A DNA stretch of 54,425 bases, counting the filler, from Bipalium vagum (Eukaryota), in assembly GCA_037834085.1 (NCBI GenBank). It is 3 parts of 3 records of this genome, joined end to end, with 100 filler letters (N's around TTAATTAATTAA, not from the genome) between each part and the next. Parts side by side here need not be neighbours in the genome. Positions count along the whole stretch, not along the records: positions 21,102 to 37,656 come from JBBMKC010106004.1; positions 37,757 to 54,425 come from JBBMKC010099367.1; 1 more part is not named here. One strand, 5' to 3'. Below, piece after piece: positions 37,000 through 50,830 of this stretch; the first letter of the stretch is position 1, and each line of letters begins with the position of its first letter. The position numbers were made by a program, and so were the translations under genes. The notes under the pieces are model-generated. The model was given only the letters and a program-made list of their open reading frames with translations, had not been told where the DNA came from and did no database searches.

Positions 37000-37635
37000 A
37001 AATATTCAATTTGAAATAACTTCAAAGTAATAAAGCGAAAACTTGAACAAATATGAATTTCAACAAAAATCAGCTTTTGGGCATTGTGTCTTTTACTTCT
37101 TAATAGTTACCATAAAACGAATTTTTTGTCAAAACTCGTTACAAGGGACGAAAAATGAATCCATTATAAAAATCTAAAACGTGGTAATTCCAGTATAAAC
37201 CATAGAGATCCATCAAAATCAGTCGACGAGGCAGTTACTGCCGATCGCTATCAAGATCAGTTACTCAAATTGAGTCAAAATCTTGAGTTGACAAAATATT
37301 CTGACAAAGGAAAACGTTCTGTTAAATTGTTATATGACAACATCAGGTTGCATGTTGTTTCAAAGATCAAGGACACCATAATGAAGTTTAGGTTGTGAAA
37401 TAATGGAGCTGTCGGCCTATTCACCAAACAGACTTCAAATCATTAGACAAAATCTAAAAATGGCTTCACAATCTTATCGTTTTCAATGAACCAGAATTTA
37501 TTGGAAACGGAGTTTAAGATATCTTATAGTGATCGATAACAATGGTGAATACTTTGACTGAAAATTTAATGTCATGTTTTTTAAAAAAAAATTTGAAGTT
37601 TGGTTAAAAATTTAAATTATTCATTACTAGACCTA
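37000..37635 (+). mobile_element. Mariner remnant
   Basis: LVTRDEK*IHY, LLYDNIRLH, AYSPN, NNGEYFD. Confidence 0.8.
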
Positions 37636-37656
37636 TTATTATTATTATTATTATTA

Positions 37657-37756
37657 NNNNNNNNNNNNNNNNNNNNNNNNNNNNNNNNNNNNNNNNNNNN
37701 TTAATTAATTAANNNNNNNNNNNNNNNNNNNNNNNNNNNNNNNNNNNNNNNNNNNN
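37657..37756. other. Assembly gap with artificial linker (N44-TTAATTAATTAA-N44)
   Basis: Identical structure to 21002-21101. Confidence 0.95.
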
Positions 37757-40199
37757 ATGTTTCATGAAAATATATATTTGAATAAATTTTGTATTCATTT
37801 AATAAAAGGCGTATATTCGAAAAATAAATTAATTTTATGATTAAAAAAGTCAATAATTAACATTTTCAGAAAGGAATCAATTTTTTTAATATCAGAAAAT
37901 CAAGCGACGGATTCGACAACAAGAAAAGAAACTATTATACAAATAAAAGTTATTAATAAATCTTTGTCTGATGATATCGTAATCATTAATAATACACATT
38001 TTTTACACAATGAAAATCATTTCCATATTCTTGTACTCAAAATAGCTAAAACTAGTTTTGTTAATAATTCAAGGTTTGTTTAAATTTTTTAATATTTTCT
38101 TAAATTATTATTGGTTTTTGATGAATAACATTTCTAAATAAGATTAATTTCTTTATTTCTTTTTATTTTTTCATTACCTTAAGAACAAGACTATTAAAAA
38201 ATTCGGAAAGTATATTATATTTCCATTTCAAATATAAAAAGAAAAATTCAAGAGTTTTTGGTCAACACACTTTTAGTTAATGAATTATTTTCACAATTTC
38301 CAGTTATTAGTTATTGTTAAATCATTATTAAATTATTATTGTTAAATTATTATTAAATCATTTTTAACTATAAAAAATAATGATAAATTTTAAAATAGAA
38401 ATAAAATATTATAATATTATTATTATATTATAACAGATTTTGAAAATATTTTATCACATTCTGTAATTAATTGGCATTTTAATGTTATGCTGAAAACTAA
38501 TTTACTTTTAAATATAAATTGATAAATACAATATATAATAATATTATTTATTTATTATATTTAATATAAATTTGGTCTATAAAATAGGACACGTTAATTG
38601 GATTGACATTTGGTTTTGTTACATCCGATATTGGCAAAAAAGTTTGCATCAGGTTGTATATCAACAAAAATATTTATTTTCTCATTTTTCTGGTTTCGGA
38701 TATTCTCTCTATATATAAAAAATATCTTTTTTTCTAAAATGATTTTAAATCTTTTTCAACCTTTTAAAAATAACTGTATTAATGACAATAATTATTTAAT
38801 TAATCCATAACTTTTATATTTTGAATATTCTTTAAAATAATTCAGAAACAACTTTCCTTATATATATACAGCAATATACAGTCATTCATCTATATTTTTA
38901 TTCTTTCGCGAACGGAAAAATAAGAAATTTTTTGGTTGTGAAACTAAAAAATCATAAACTAAATTTTAAATAACAATCGATAATTTATTAACAATTACAA
39001 AATGATCAATTATATATATTTAAAATAATCCAATAATGTGGTGTTTTTTATTTTTCAAGATCATCAGTTTTATTTTAACCTTTAGTTGATATGTTTTCTT
39101 CTATGAAGATATATTTTTTCAATATATTTCTCAAGAGGTAATTTATTTATTAATTCATGAATTCTATTCGTTTCACTGTTTATTTCAAATATAAGCTTTT
39201 CATTATTCAGTGAATAATTATTGTGTATTAATCAGCTTACACTGTAGTCATGAAGTTTTTAAAATGAAAATACACACCCTTTTGTTATTTTGTCTGATTA
39301 GAACAGTAGGTTTCAGTTTTTGCAAATTTCTGTATTTTGAATCAGCTGACATGAAAGTTATTAGAGAAGGCATTTATTTTGAGATCTTATTTAATTCTAA
39401 AATATTTCAAAACCTATTTTTGTTTAAAAGTGTACTTAAAAATGTGTGAACGTAAATATCATTATATAATTATGAAGTTATAAAATCCTTTCATATACGT
39501 AAATTGTTTCGAACCAAATTGAGACTAAATACAATTGTGAAATTATAAATTTGTGAAGTTACAGTTAAATGGTTGTATTTTTCCAGATACTTTTAGATGG
39601 CTGAATATATACATAATAATCACAAATTGCGCTAAGTGATGCTGTTTTATGTCAATATTAGAAAATCAGGTGTCACAATCCAGAGATACTTGTTGATATT
39701 TATGGCGAAAATATTTAATTTGGAATATCGTCGGTCTTTTAACTAAAGTTCTTAGCAATATCTTTTAAATCAATATTATTAATAATAAGACAGCAAACTA
39801 TTTTTTACATTATTCAAATCCTTCCTTTTATAAATTAAACTTTAGTAATAAAAATTTTTATTAAAAACAAAATTTATTTATTAAATTGGCAAAATTTATT
39901 GCAAAAATCGAAACCATTATTTTATGACACATTAATTACAAAGCGACCTACCTCATTATTTAGGGGATTTTCGAAAATTTCTGTAAACCATTATCGAACT
40001 TCCTTACCATGTTTCCTTTTGTGACTGAGAAAAATAAATTTGATATTTATCACAATTTATTTTAAAATATGATTTTTGTAGCGAATTTTGGCATTATTTA
40101 AAACATTTATTAATTATATTCTCAAATGAGAAAGGTGAAAAAAAATTTTATTCAAATTTTCTGATGAATTTTTGGATTTGATCATCACTGATAAACTGA

Positions 40200-40632
40200 T
40201 AACCTCTGAAAAAACAAAGAGATATACTTTCTTAGGCACCAACTAAAATTGAAAAATCAATCATTTTCTTTGTACATCTTTTTCATTACTTAGTCTCAAA
40301 TAGGAATTTACTACCCTTTTCTGACTGATAATTGAACCTTAATTACATCTATCGCAATCCTCTTGGTTTGCCTAGTTTCAAGGATAAGGCTTTTGAAGTA
40401 CCAAGCGGGAATCTCTGATAACTTAAATATCAGTTTTTAAACGAAGTCAATAAAAGCTTCTCATTATCTTATCGATCTTTCTAGAGTACTTTTAAACTTC
40501 TAGAGTTAACTTCAAGTTCTTAATATGTATTTAGAGTTTTTGCAATATGAGATAGGACGTTGTTATAAGAATAATTATAACCGTTGTCAATGACAGTGTT
40601 TATTCCTGTGTTAATTCCTTCAACCTCAAACT
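40200..40632 (-). mobile_element. Gypsy protease/pre-RT remnant
   Basis: TVIDNGYNYSY (degenerate DTG motif) and LVLQKPYP. Confidence 0.4.
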
Positions 40633-40634
40633 GT

Positions 40635-41185
40635 TGTCGAAATCAAGAAATCAAAATTTCAAAAAGCTCTCTTCAACGAATGTTAACAAAAGATTTGAAT
40701 TTGCATGTATATAAAGCTTAAGTGAGACAACCATTGAAACCGAATAGATCATATAAATCGCCGGGCTTTCGCATCCTTGTTTTTAAACACGAAAAAAGTT
40801 GATTAATTTTCGAAAAAATCTTTTTGGCGACCAGGTACATTTCCATCTTAATGGCTATAAGGAGTGGTTTGAAATATTGTTTTGAATGAACTTTTTAAAA
40901 TAGAGACCTCATTTTAATAACGTATATTTAACTTCTTAAATTAAACTTTCTAAAATTTTTAAATTCTTTAATTTAAAAATGTTTTGTAATTATTAATTAA
41001 AATAACAGTGAGGTGGCTATTTAAAAAAGGATTTGTTTAAATTGTGGTTTTTAGAGTCAAAGCAGAAAATCAAATAACGTCCTTAGCAGAATATAAATAT
41101 GGTTATGTCAACAGACAAAATTGTCGAATTTAAGGAGCGGAAACCCCAAAGACTGTTCATGAACACATGACGTATCCTGACTGGG
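40635..41185 (+). mobile_element. DD41D-type transposase fragment split by a ~240-bp insertion
   Basis: ISKSSLQRMLTKDLNLHVYK..HFHLNG (to about 40857) resumes as GYVNRQNCRI*G at 41101. Confidence 0.7.
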
Positions 41186-42449
41186 CTACATCGTAATAAT
41201 ATATATATTATCAAATTATTCTTATATTAATTTTACTTTTTTAAAATATATCGCTATTTTGAATTAAAAGATAACTAATTATTAATTATAAATAATATTT
41301 AGGTTAATTAATTTAAAATAACAGTTTAATCTAGACTTAATGTTTCAAAAAAGATATTACATTTTTAAAAAAATTTCTTAAATTCCAACCAATAAGCAAA
41401 CATAAAATATTTATTTATTAAGATTAATTAAAATTATCTATAAATTCCTAATGGAAAATTTTCTTATTATTTTTAAAATTATTTGTTTTTTTACAGACCT
41501 GAATTTTTTATTAATTTCAAAATTAATTAATTTTCTGCTTATAATTTTCTTAATTCATAAGTTTCCATTTTTTGTTTAAGTGATTTTCTCCATTGAACTT
41601 TTAAAAATTTATATTACCAAAGGGGATTTTTGGTGCCTTAACAGAAATTTCAAAATAAAACAAATATTCTGTGAACTGAAAAATGAAAAGTTTTCTTCAA
41701 ATATTTTACAAATAGAACTGTCGGTTTAAGTAATCTTTTTTGTCAATTTTGTAATTACTATTCTAAAAAATACAAGAATTTTGTTTTACATTTTTTGAAA
41801 AAATTCGCCGGAGATTTTGTGCACATTTTTTCCAAATGTGTTTTTTGACGAAAACGAGTTTGAAAAATAAATAATTTAATATTGTTAATTTTACCAAAAT
41901 TAAATACGGCACGTAACATTATTTTCAGTTTTTGATAATTTCTCTTCTATTTCATAGTAAAAGGACAAATTATTTTTAAAAAACATAAATTATAAATTAA
42001 TAAAAAAATTATGGCCAGACAATTTATTTAGCACATTTTTAAAATATTTTTGATATTTTACTTCTATTTTTATTTATTTCAAGATTTTCTTTTAATAATT
42101 AATGTCGTGTATAAAAATAATTTAATTAGTTTATTGATTTATTTAGTGTAAAATGAATAAAAAAATTAAAAGTTTAATTAGAGTTTATTTAATTTTATTC
42201 TTAGATGAAAAGATTTTCTTAAAGTTTTATGTTACTAATTTATTCACAAAAAAGAATAAACTTCTTTGGATATTTAATTAAAAATATTTTTCGGCCTAAT
42301 CACGCTGAGCTTCAATAGAGCAACTCTTCAGTAAAAGACGAGTCTTCTTTTATTTTTTACTTACAAATCTGCAAATTTCTCAAATTAATAGTTTAAACAA
42401 CTTTAATTATGAGATTATTAAAATTCAGCAATTATTTGTTATTTTTCAG

Positions 42450-42925
42450 ATATCTCATATCTCCGTCCTTTATGAAAACGTCGTAACCTACTTACGTTTC
42501 TCTCAAATTCTTTACTGTGGCTATCTGAGCAAAAAAAGTTTATCATGAATTTCCTTAGAAATTTCAAGGAGACTTTCGAAATTTTCCTGATTTTTGTTGC
42601 GGTGTTACTGATTTATAAAAGGTTGTGGTTATTCAAAGTAAACTAAACCTCTTGAAGTTTAGTTTTCTAAATTCCTGATTTTTTTGACAGATGCACTCGT
42701 CTTGTCTCGGAATTGCAATAAAACTAACAAATCTACTGCATCGATCAATGGTGGCCAAAATATACGTATTTTTTCCCACTTAATGTTTCTCTAAAATGTC
42801 CACAAACGTCAATCAGATTTCGCTCAAACAGTTCTGATTCCGGCAATTTTATTATCGTTTCATTGGTTCCAGTTGTCATTGTTCCCAATCTTTGAGATGT
42901 ATCAAATTGGTTTAAGAATTCTTTT
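42450..42925 (-). mobile_element. Gypsy integrase core remnant
   Basis: ELFERNLIDVCGHFRETLSGKKY/ILATIDRCSRFVSFIAIPRQDE resembles PFExIxIDIxGP…YILxxIDxFSR. Confidence 0.75.
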
Positions 42926-42988
42926 TATTAATAAAATAACTTTTGTATTCCTTATTTAATTTAATAAAATTAGAAGTTTTTTTTAGAA

Positions 42989-44000
42989 ATATTAGGTGTA
43001 TGCACAAGTATTAATGTACTTATAACTGAAAAATATTTAAATAAAAAAGTTAATAAATTTATTTTTACTTAACATAGGTACAAAAATCAATCAGCAAAAT
43101 CAGATCCGTTATTGTCCATCACTTTTATCCATCTTTCAGGTAATTGACGAATTCCAGAAAGATAGAATGATCTGAGCTTCGAAGTAAAAAAAGTATCCAG
43201 AAATTCCCGAATGCCAGAAACATTTTTAAAACGATGTCCTGCTAAAAATTGCTGCATTGATCGAAACAGATGGTAATTTGTAGGAGCAAAGTTCAGAAGA
43301 ACTTCCCAACCTAATTGTGAGGTTGTTTCCTGCGTAAGTTTTGCCACATGCGGTGTGGCATTATAATGCAGTAAGATAGTCTTAAGCAATCCTTGGCCAC
43401 AAAAAGGTCTTTTTTCTTTATTTTTCAGCCAAATGCATCAACTGTTTGCTCTAACGTTCTGAATTAATGATTTCGTAAATCTGGAGGAAATCATGATAAA
43501 TTGAACCTTTCAAATTCCACAAGATACAAAGCAGCATTTTATTTGGGTGAATATTTACTTTTGCAGTTGAAGTTGCTGACATACCGGGGTAAGCGTAGGC
43601 AATCCACTTTTCATTTCACGTGACGATCTGCCATAAAAGTCTTTATTTCTTTGCCAAGCAGGAAGCGACGCACATGTTGTTAAACGACATGAAATATTGA
43701 ATTCTGAGAGTTCATATAGCACCCACTTTTCAACCTTCTGAATTGTTCCTAATTTATTTAACTGACTGCCAACAGTTGCTTGGTCGACTCCAAGCTGTTT
43801 CGCAAGTTCTTCTTTTTTGGGGCAGTATTCTCTCAGAGTAGTTATTTTAATGTCTTAGGATGCAATATTCGTTGAGCACCGGTTTGGGTAGATTTTTTAC
43901 ATCAACATTTTCGTATTTAAATCGGCGATACTAATATTTACATGTAATATACGAAATAGCATTCTCTTCTAGAACAGAGACTATGGATTCATATCTTTTT
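42989..44000 (-). mobile_element. Mariner element, near full-length, decayed
   Basis: TATTAGGTGTATGCAC TIR; [26 protein letters not shown], plus upstream IVT*NEKW. Confidence 0.88.
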
Positions 44001-44284
44001 TGGTTTGCCGAAGGCTAGTCTCTTCCTCATTGCTATTTTAATTTTAACAAAAGCAATGAAAATTGAGATGTAATAGGATTTGAAGTCCTTCATTCAGCAT
44101 TAAAAACTGTTACCATAGCAAAGCATTTATCTTTAGCATATTCCAGTGATCTGTGCCGGAAATATTAGGTATAATGTTCACACACCTTGGCGTCCGTCAA
44201 CATAAGGTCTCGATTGGCATAATGTTATGATAATTATTATTTTAATATTTGGTTTTCATATTTCTTTCTCAATAAAACATATTC

Positions 44285-45652
44285 TCATGGTGATATTTCA
44301 GGCCTAGAACAATTTATGATAGTTTGCATTTCATTGTTATCAAGTCTTTTTGCCATATATTCCCTAATTTGACATGGATCGATACCGAAATTCAAATTTT
44401 GAATAGCTTGAAATGCCTCATACATGGAATACTTTGAATTTTCAAGTTTACTAATAGAAAATGCTAATCTAGAGTAGCATTCTTGAATTTCAACCAATGA
44501 ATTATTCAACTTGTCACATTGAGTTGCTAATTTTTCCTGTTGTACTAATATTCCTTCGCCTGTTCAATTTTCTATAATTTTTATAACATCCAGCTAGTTA
44601 CTAGAGTAGTACAAAGCTACTTTTCGTCAACTGCACCATCTTGTAATAATTGTTTCTGGTGGATATTCAATACTTGCGAAATCATTCAATCTCGTTTTAT
44701 TTTTCAACGTCGCTCTTCTAACCTTTGCGATCAAATAATCGAAATTTTCGTAAAACGATCTAATTCGCATAGCACAATTATTGATTAAGTGCGCTATACA
44801 AGTTACATGGAAAAGTTTTGGATAAAGTACCGAGCTGCATCACTTATTAATAACATAAAATTTCTTGTATTAATTTCTAAAAGATTAATTGTATCTTCAA
44901 TGATATGTATCATAATTTGAGTATTAGGTGGTATTGAAAGAGGGATGCAATCAACCAAATAAGATTTTTCAGGCATGTCCAATAATCCAACTAGAACATT
45001 AACAATTTTTTTACCTGATAAATCGGATTCATCAATAATCATGAAAACTTCCATGTCTTCAACTAAATTCTTCATTTTTATGATTTCTTCAACATATAAT
45101 TCAAGAATAATAGTTCTACATCACTGTTCACTTGGAATTGATTTTCCAATCGAAGTGAATAGATTTTGAATGCTTTCATGTCTTTATTTCCATAGTGGAA
45201 TATCTGCATAAACGAAAGCCAACACGATTTCTTTTTTAAATTTGTCTTTTGGGATTTGCAAAAATTGTTGAATTGTAGCTTTTGATATTGATTTCATTGC
45301 ATTTTTGTGCTTTGCCGAATTCTGATGACTTTCAATGAAAAATAACTTCGAATGTGAAACAATCGTTTCACATAATTTCCAATATATTTTATTTTCATCA
45401 GTTTTCTTGAATTCTGAGCTGAATTTTCTAATAATTTCTTGTACTTTCAAAAAATCTGATTTAGCATTTTTAGGCATTTTTTAAAGTTAAAATATTTTCT
45501 GATATTATTAAAAAATAATTTTGATTTTATATTGACTTTATTGACTTTTAATTAACGTTTTAACTTAATGGAAAATTTTAACTTAAAGTTATTATTTTGA
45601 CTTTATTTTGACGGTCACTTTTTTTTACTTTATTGACTTTTAGGGGTCCTAA
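44285..45652 (-). mobile_element. hAT-type transposon (CGGBP1-like BED finger), decayed
   Basis: N-terminal (C>W)KLC…H…KH finger, IIDES, LISDAARY, HVTCIAH and TRW. End TAGGACCCCTAAAA with repeated TTGACTTT subterminal motifs (45530-45640). Confidence 0.82.
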
Positions 45653-46989
45653 TTATAAGTGTTATATTATATTTTAAATCTTATTTTTAATCTTCTCAAC
45701 ATTATGCATTTATTTTTAAAATGTTATTTTTTATTATAACTAAATTTTTTATTTATTTTTAAAAATTATTTTTAGCATTATTATATTTTTATTTTTTTAT
45801 CAATTATTTAGTAGTATTTTTTTCTATTTATTTTATTTATAATCTATAATAATAATAATAATAACAATACTAAAATAATAGTAATAATTTATTATTGTTG
45901 TTATTATTATTTCTGATATTATTATCATTATTTTTATTTCTATTAACTTTTTATTTTTTAAAATATTTTTGTTTTATATTATTATTCTTATAACGATTTT
46001 AACATTTTGTTTATCTTATTCATTTTATAATTTATATAAAATTTTTTTATAATATTTATTTATATTATTTTTTTAGATACTTATTTTTTTAAAAAATTAT
46101 TATCATTTTTTAATTATTTAAAGAGTGTTTTTTATTTTATTCATATTATATTATATTATTATTATATTTTGAAAATATATGGTAATAAAGTGCGTTTTCC
46201 TTAAATGAATTACAATTTCTTGTAAGCGAAGAAATATTTTCTTTAATTCACACTTGACTTCTTCTCTATCTTCATTTTGTTTTTTGTTAATTTTTGTGTC
46301 TCTAAAATGAAACTCTTGCAGATAATTAAAAGGTGAATAAATTTTTGACTCCTTCAAAAAATAAAATTTTAATTTAATTTAATTTAAATGAAAATGAAAT
46401 GAATAATAATTTTATTTTCGATTATATTTTTCTAGTCCTCTTTTGCCCATAATATTTTGTAAAAGATAACAGTTTAAGGGAAAAGGAGAAAAATTTATTT
46501 CTTTTAATCTTTGTTTGGTTAATTCTCCAAAGTAGTTTACATGGAAATGAGACCAGAGAGAAACGACTGGGTTAGTAGATCTTAAGTTCTCTCCCCTCAG
46601 AATGAATGTAATGCCTAGGACACTGGGCCTCTCTGGGTGTCAATCTCTTGGATCAAGAAAAAGAAACAGAAAAAAACATTAAACTTTTTTGAAAATGTGT
46701 CAGACAAAGGGAGAAAAGATAAAACCTCACTCAGGAAATGCTTTGCCCATTGTACGTGGAGATTGTTTTTCTTATCTTTTTCTCTAGAATGAAACTCAGT
46801 CAGTAAGACTGTCCCAGAAAAGACTTTCCAAAATTTCAATGAGGATAAGGATCAAAAAGGTTGTTATGCAGAGTACCTATTACTTTTTATGTCTTAGTGA
46901 ATAAAGGGTAACTTTTTGCAATATGTAGGCATTGATGCATAACATTCCATTATTTTAATTCTTAAGTTATTTGTTTACTGGAACTTGAA

Positions 46990-47260
46990 AGGTAAGCTAC
47001 TGGAACCTGACCAAAATTTGATTCTATATTTTATTCTGAGCAACTTGAAAAATTAAGCCAAGAAGGATTAAAATTGAAAGAGTTTGGGTCGAAAGTGTTG
47101 ATACATCCAATATACAGTCCATACGCAGCACTGTCAAACTGCCATTTGTTTCTGTCTGCAAAAAGTTCAAAAAAATGGAACATATTTGATTCAATTAAGA
47201 GGATTTGTTATATAAAAAAACATTTTTTGCTTATTACTTGTTTAAGTAATCAGTGAGTTA
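46990..47260 (+). mobile_element. Mariner remnant
   Basis: VLIHPIYSPYAALSNCHLF. Confidence 0.7.
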
Positions 47261-47899
47261 AATATAAAAGTTTCAACATTTAATAAATGTAAAAAAATAT
47301 TTATTAAAAATAAAAATTAATTAATATTTGAATACTTTTCAAGGTTATTTATCATTTTTTATATTTTAAAGCATCGTATTTTCAAAGACCTCGCCGTTTT
47401 TTATACTCTTTCATACTCTTATTCTTTAATTAAAATATATCAGTTTATTTTCGCTGTCTATTGTTTTAATTTCATTTGCAAAAGATGACTCCATCTATTG
47501 CTAGATGGAAATCAGCAAAACTGAACGCTGTCAACAAGATTCGGAGACTTTTGTAGATGTTCATACTATTATGCCAGGTGTGATAAAAAATTGAAATGCC
47601 ATCCCAAATGACATTTCGAGAATTCTGAACGAATTATCACAGCTGGTATTATTTGCTTTTACTTTGATAATAATTCATTTTAGTAGAATAATGTAAAATT
47701 TGTAACAGTTTTCAATTTATTTTAATAAATTACATTTCATCATCAAATAATTGATTGTTAATTGAAAGTGATCCTCTTTTTTAAATATGTAGCTGTAATA
47801 AAGAAAATTTATTGATTTGTTTAAGTAAACTATTGGAATATATATTTTTAGGCATTTTAAAAAAATAATCTATGAAAACATTCTGATATCTTTAACTAT

Positions 47900-48800
47900 A
47901 TCTTATTTTTATCTATTTTTAGATGGAGGTTATATACCAAATAAGCAATATTTTCGCGAAGTGATTTAATTCAACAGAAAGTTCTAATAACAAGTGGGGA
48001 TATCACCGATTATTTATAATGATGATAAAAAGGCATCGACTTAAAAAATTCCCAATTCACAGGAATAAACATAGAAACTATTCTGAGGTAAATAAAGAAA
48101 ATGAGTGAAGAAAGCAAGGTTTGAATGTGGATCTCTCATCAACTTAACGGTGGCTAAAAAAAGAAGCTTGTTTCAATTTTAGAAATACTTATTTCCAATA
48201 AAGAAGATGAAAACGTCGTAAATCCTATGATGTACAACAAATCCAGTCAAAAAAGGCAATGGAACTTTAAAAAGATTATATTAAAATTATATACAAAAGG
48301 GGAAAAATGTAATGTGAAGGTCACTGTATTGCTAGGAGTATTATTCATGTCGAGCTGTTGCTACCTTGGGAAATTATAAGTACTGGTGTATATTATTATC
48401 ACATGGACAGATTGAAAAGTAAAATTAAAAAGATGTTCAGCTTTGGGAAAGAGAGATGAAGTCATAATTTTTCGGGATAATGCATGATGTATACCTCAAA
48501 GAAAGCAGCCCAGAAGATTATTGAATCTGACTGGGACGTTTAATCTCATTATCCATAAAAATTACCCATATACCATCTCTTCCGATCATTTCTTGGTCAG
48601 GAAAAGTTCGTTTTTTATGAAGCTCTAAATATTGTCATCCAAGAACTTTAATAAATGTGTATCATGAAATTACTTTGTACAATGGAGTGACATAATCTAG
48701 AACAATGATGTCTATTTATTTAAATAATATAACTACCCCGTCTCATTTTTATTTTTTAAATTTTCCCATCGAAAAACAAAGTTATTTGTGTCGACCTAAA
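47900..48800 (+). mobile_element. Mariner remnant
   Basis: WISHQL, GVLFMSS/IIHVELL, IFRDNA*, YHLFRS. Confidence 0.65.
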
Positions 48801-49981
48801 AGTATTTTTTAAGCAAAGTATAAAATGCTTTAACGTATCATTAAGAAATTTATTTTTGATTTAGGATATTTTAAATTCCGTCCACAAATCTTACGAAAAG
48901 TACTTGATATTATGTATTCTATTAATTATTTTAGATATTTCTTGGATTAAAGAAAAATTACCAATTTAATCATACTTTCATTGAAGAAAACTGATTTTTA
49001 AATAAATTGAACGTTTTTTTTTAATTTCAATCTTAATTATTCAGTCAACCATGGCAACATAAGTATTCAGAAAAAATAAATGTAATGAATTTTTTAAAAA
49101 CGTACTATTTAAAAATAAATAATTTTTTAAAAGACATAATATGAGAATATGATATATAAATTATTATATATTATATAATTTTTTATCATATTTTGATTAA
49201 TATAGTTTTGTTTTAATTGAAATAAACCAATTCTCATTTCTTAATTTATTAACTGTAATTAAAAATTGCAATTATTTAACTTTAGATCTTTTCCAATAAT
49301 ATTCTTAATTTTATTTATAATAAATTATTATTTTTTAATAAATAATAAAATTCATTTGTTGAAAATCCGATAATCAGTAAATACTAATAATTCTTTCATT
49401 GAACACATTGCTATTTACACCTGAACAGGTAATTATTATTTATAAAAAATATTCAATCTCTCCATGAGAATTTATATTTGTTTACAAGTGAAGAAAATCA
49501 TTATTTTCTGCAATATATTACCATCTTTGAAAATTTTAAAGCATTTCTGAATCAAATTTTTTCTTTTAAGTAATAATTTTTACTAAAAAATTGTTACTTA
49601 GTACAGAGATTGTATTTTATGAAATCAATTACAAAGTAGAATTAATGTTTTGATCTAATAAATATTAGGGTACTAAAATATTCACTTTGTTTCAGTGGAA
49701 CACTTTGTTTTCTTCAATTAGAGATGGAAAATTATTTATTAAAAAGACATAAATAGTTAAATCAGGTTAATTAAAATTGTTTAAATTAATAAATAGTTAA
49801 TTTAAAAAGTTACAATTAAGTTCTTAACACAACATATTATTTAAACAAAAATAATAAAATGTTCAATATAAAAGGTTAATTTTCATTAGTTTCATTATAC
49901 AAAAAAGCAAAATGTTCAATCTTCAAATTTAGAGGTGTTCCGTTAGAGGAGGTGGTGTGATAAATAAAAATGCAGTGTTTC

Positions 49982-50310
49982 TATTGGGTTGTCCGGAAAG
50001 TTAGTTCCGAATTTTAATTAGAAATTAAAAAGTAAGACAATGAAATTTTAAATAAATTTATTAAAATACATGTGTTCCATTTTGTTCTACAACCTTTTTT
50101 CATCTATCAGGCAAGTTGAATATTCCATCCTTCCAGAGTGTCTTAGATTTTTCATTGAAAAAATTATCCAAGTGACTTTTGATATTGTCCAAGAAGATAA
50201 AGTTTTTTCCATTAAGTGAATTTTCCAGTGACCTGAATAAATGGAAATAGGTGGGTGTAAGGTCTGGTGAATATGGCGGATGGGGTAGCATTTCTCAACT
50301 CAGCTCCAAA
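49982..50310 (-). mobile_element. Mariner 3' remnant with TIR
   Basis: LPHPPYSPDLTPTYFHLFRSL; TATTGGGTTGTCCGGAAAGT TIR, whose inverse-like copy ACTTTCCGGACAACCCAA is also seen near 21160. Confidence 0.9.
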
Positions 50311-50317
50311 CAATTGC

Positions 50318-50830
50318 AATTTCTTCAAATAATAAAGCTTTGTCGGTTGAATTCCGTGTAAAACGTAAAACTAAAAAGGTGTTCAAGGTAATAGGTTTCA
50401 CTGTATATATCTATTATTACAGTGACAAATTTTTAATGTACGGAAAAGGTACCTATAAAGATTCTAAATACTTTAATACTTCAGAAAGGAAAGTATTCTA
50501 TGAATTTTGTTTAAAATTTGTACTAAATAATTTTTTTTGCTTGTACGATAAATAATCAACAAGAATTAAAGAAAAAATGTTACACTTTTATTTTTGATTA
50601 AGTTATTAATTGACCCGTTATATAAGGTTTTCCTTAGAGATCTTAAAGAATTTTCTAATTTTTAAACGATTTTGAAACTTGATTTACTGTTAAAAGCATT
50701 GATGACAAAAGTCTATAAATGTTGTAAGGATATTAACCAAAAGTAATAAGAACTAAGTTAGAAATTATTATTTTCAATGAATTTCTTCAAATAATAAAGC
50801 TTTGTCGGTTGAACTCCGTGTAAAACGTAA
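50318..50830 (+). repeat. 51-bp direct repeat pair (50318-50368, 50780-50830)
   Basis: AATTTCTTCAAATAATAAAGCTTTGTCGGTTGAA(T/C)TCCGTGTAAAACGTAA, one mismatch. Confidence 0.9.

Noticed and set aside
35714-39449. AT-rich ORFs 35714-35983, 38610-38810 and 39210-39449
   Set aside because: I/L/F/K/N-biased low-complexity translations typical of random AT-rich DNA.
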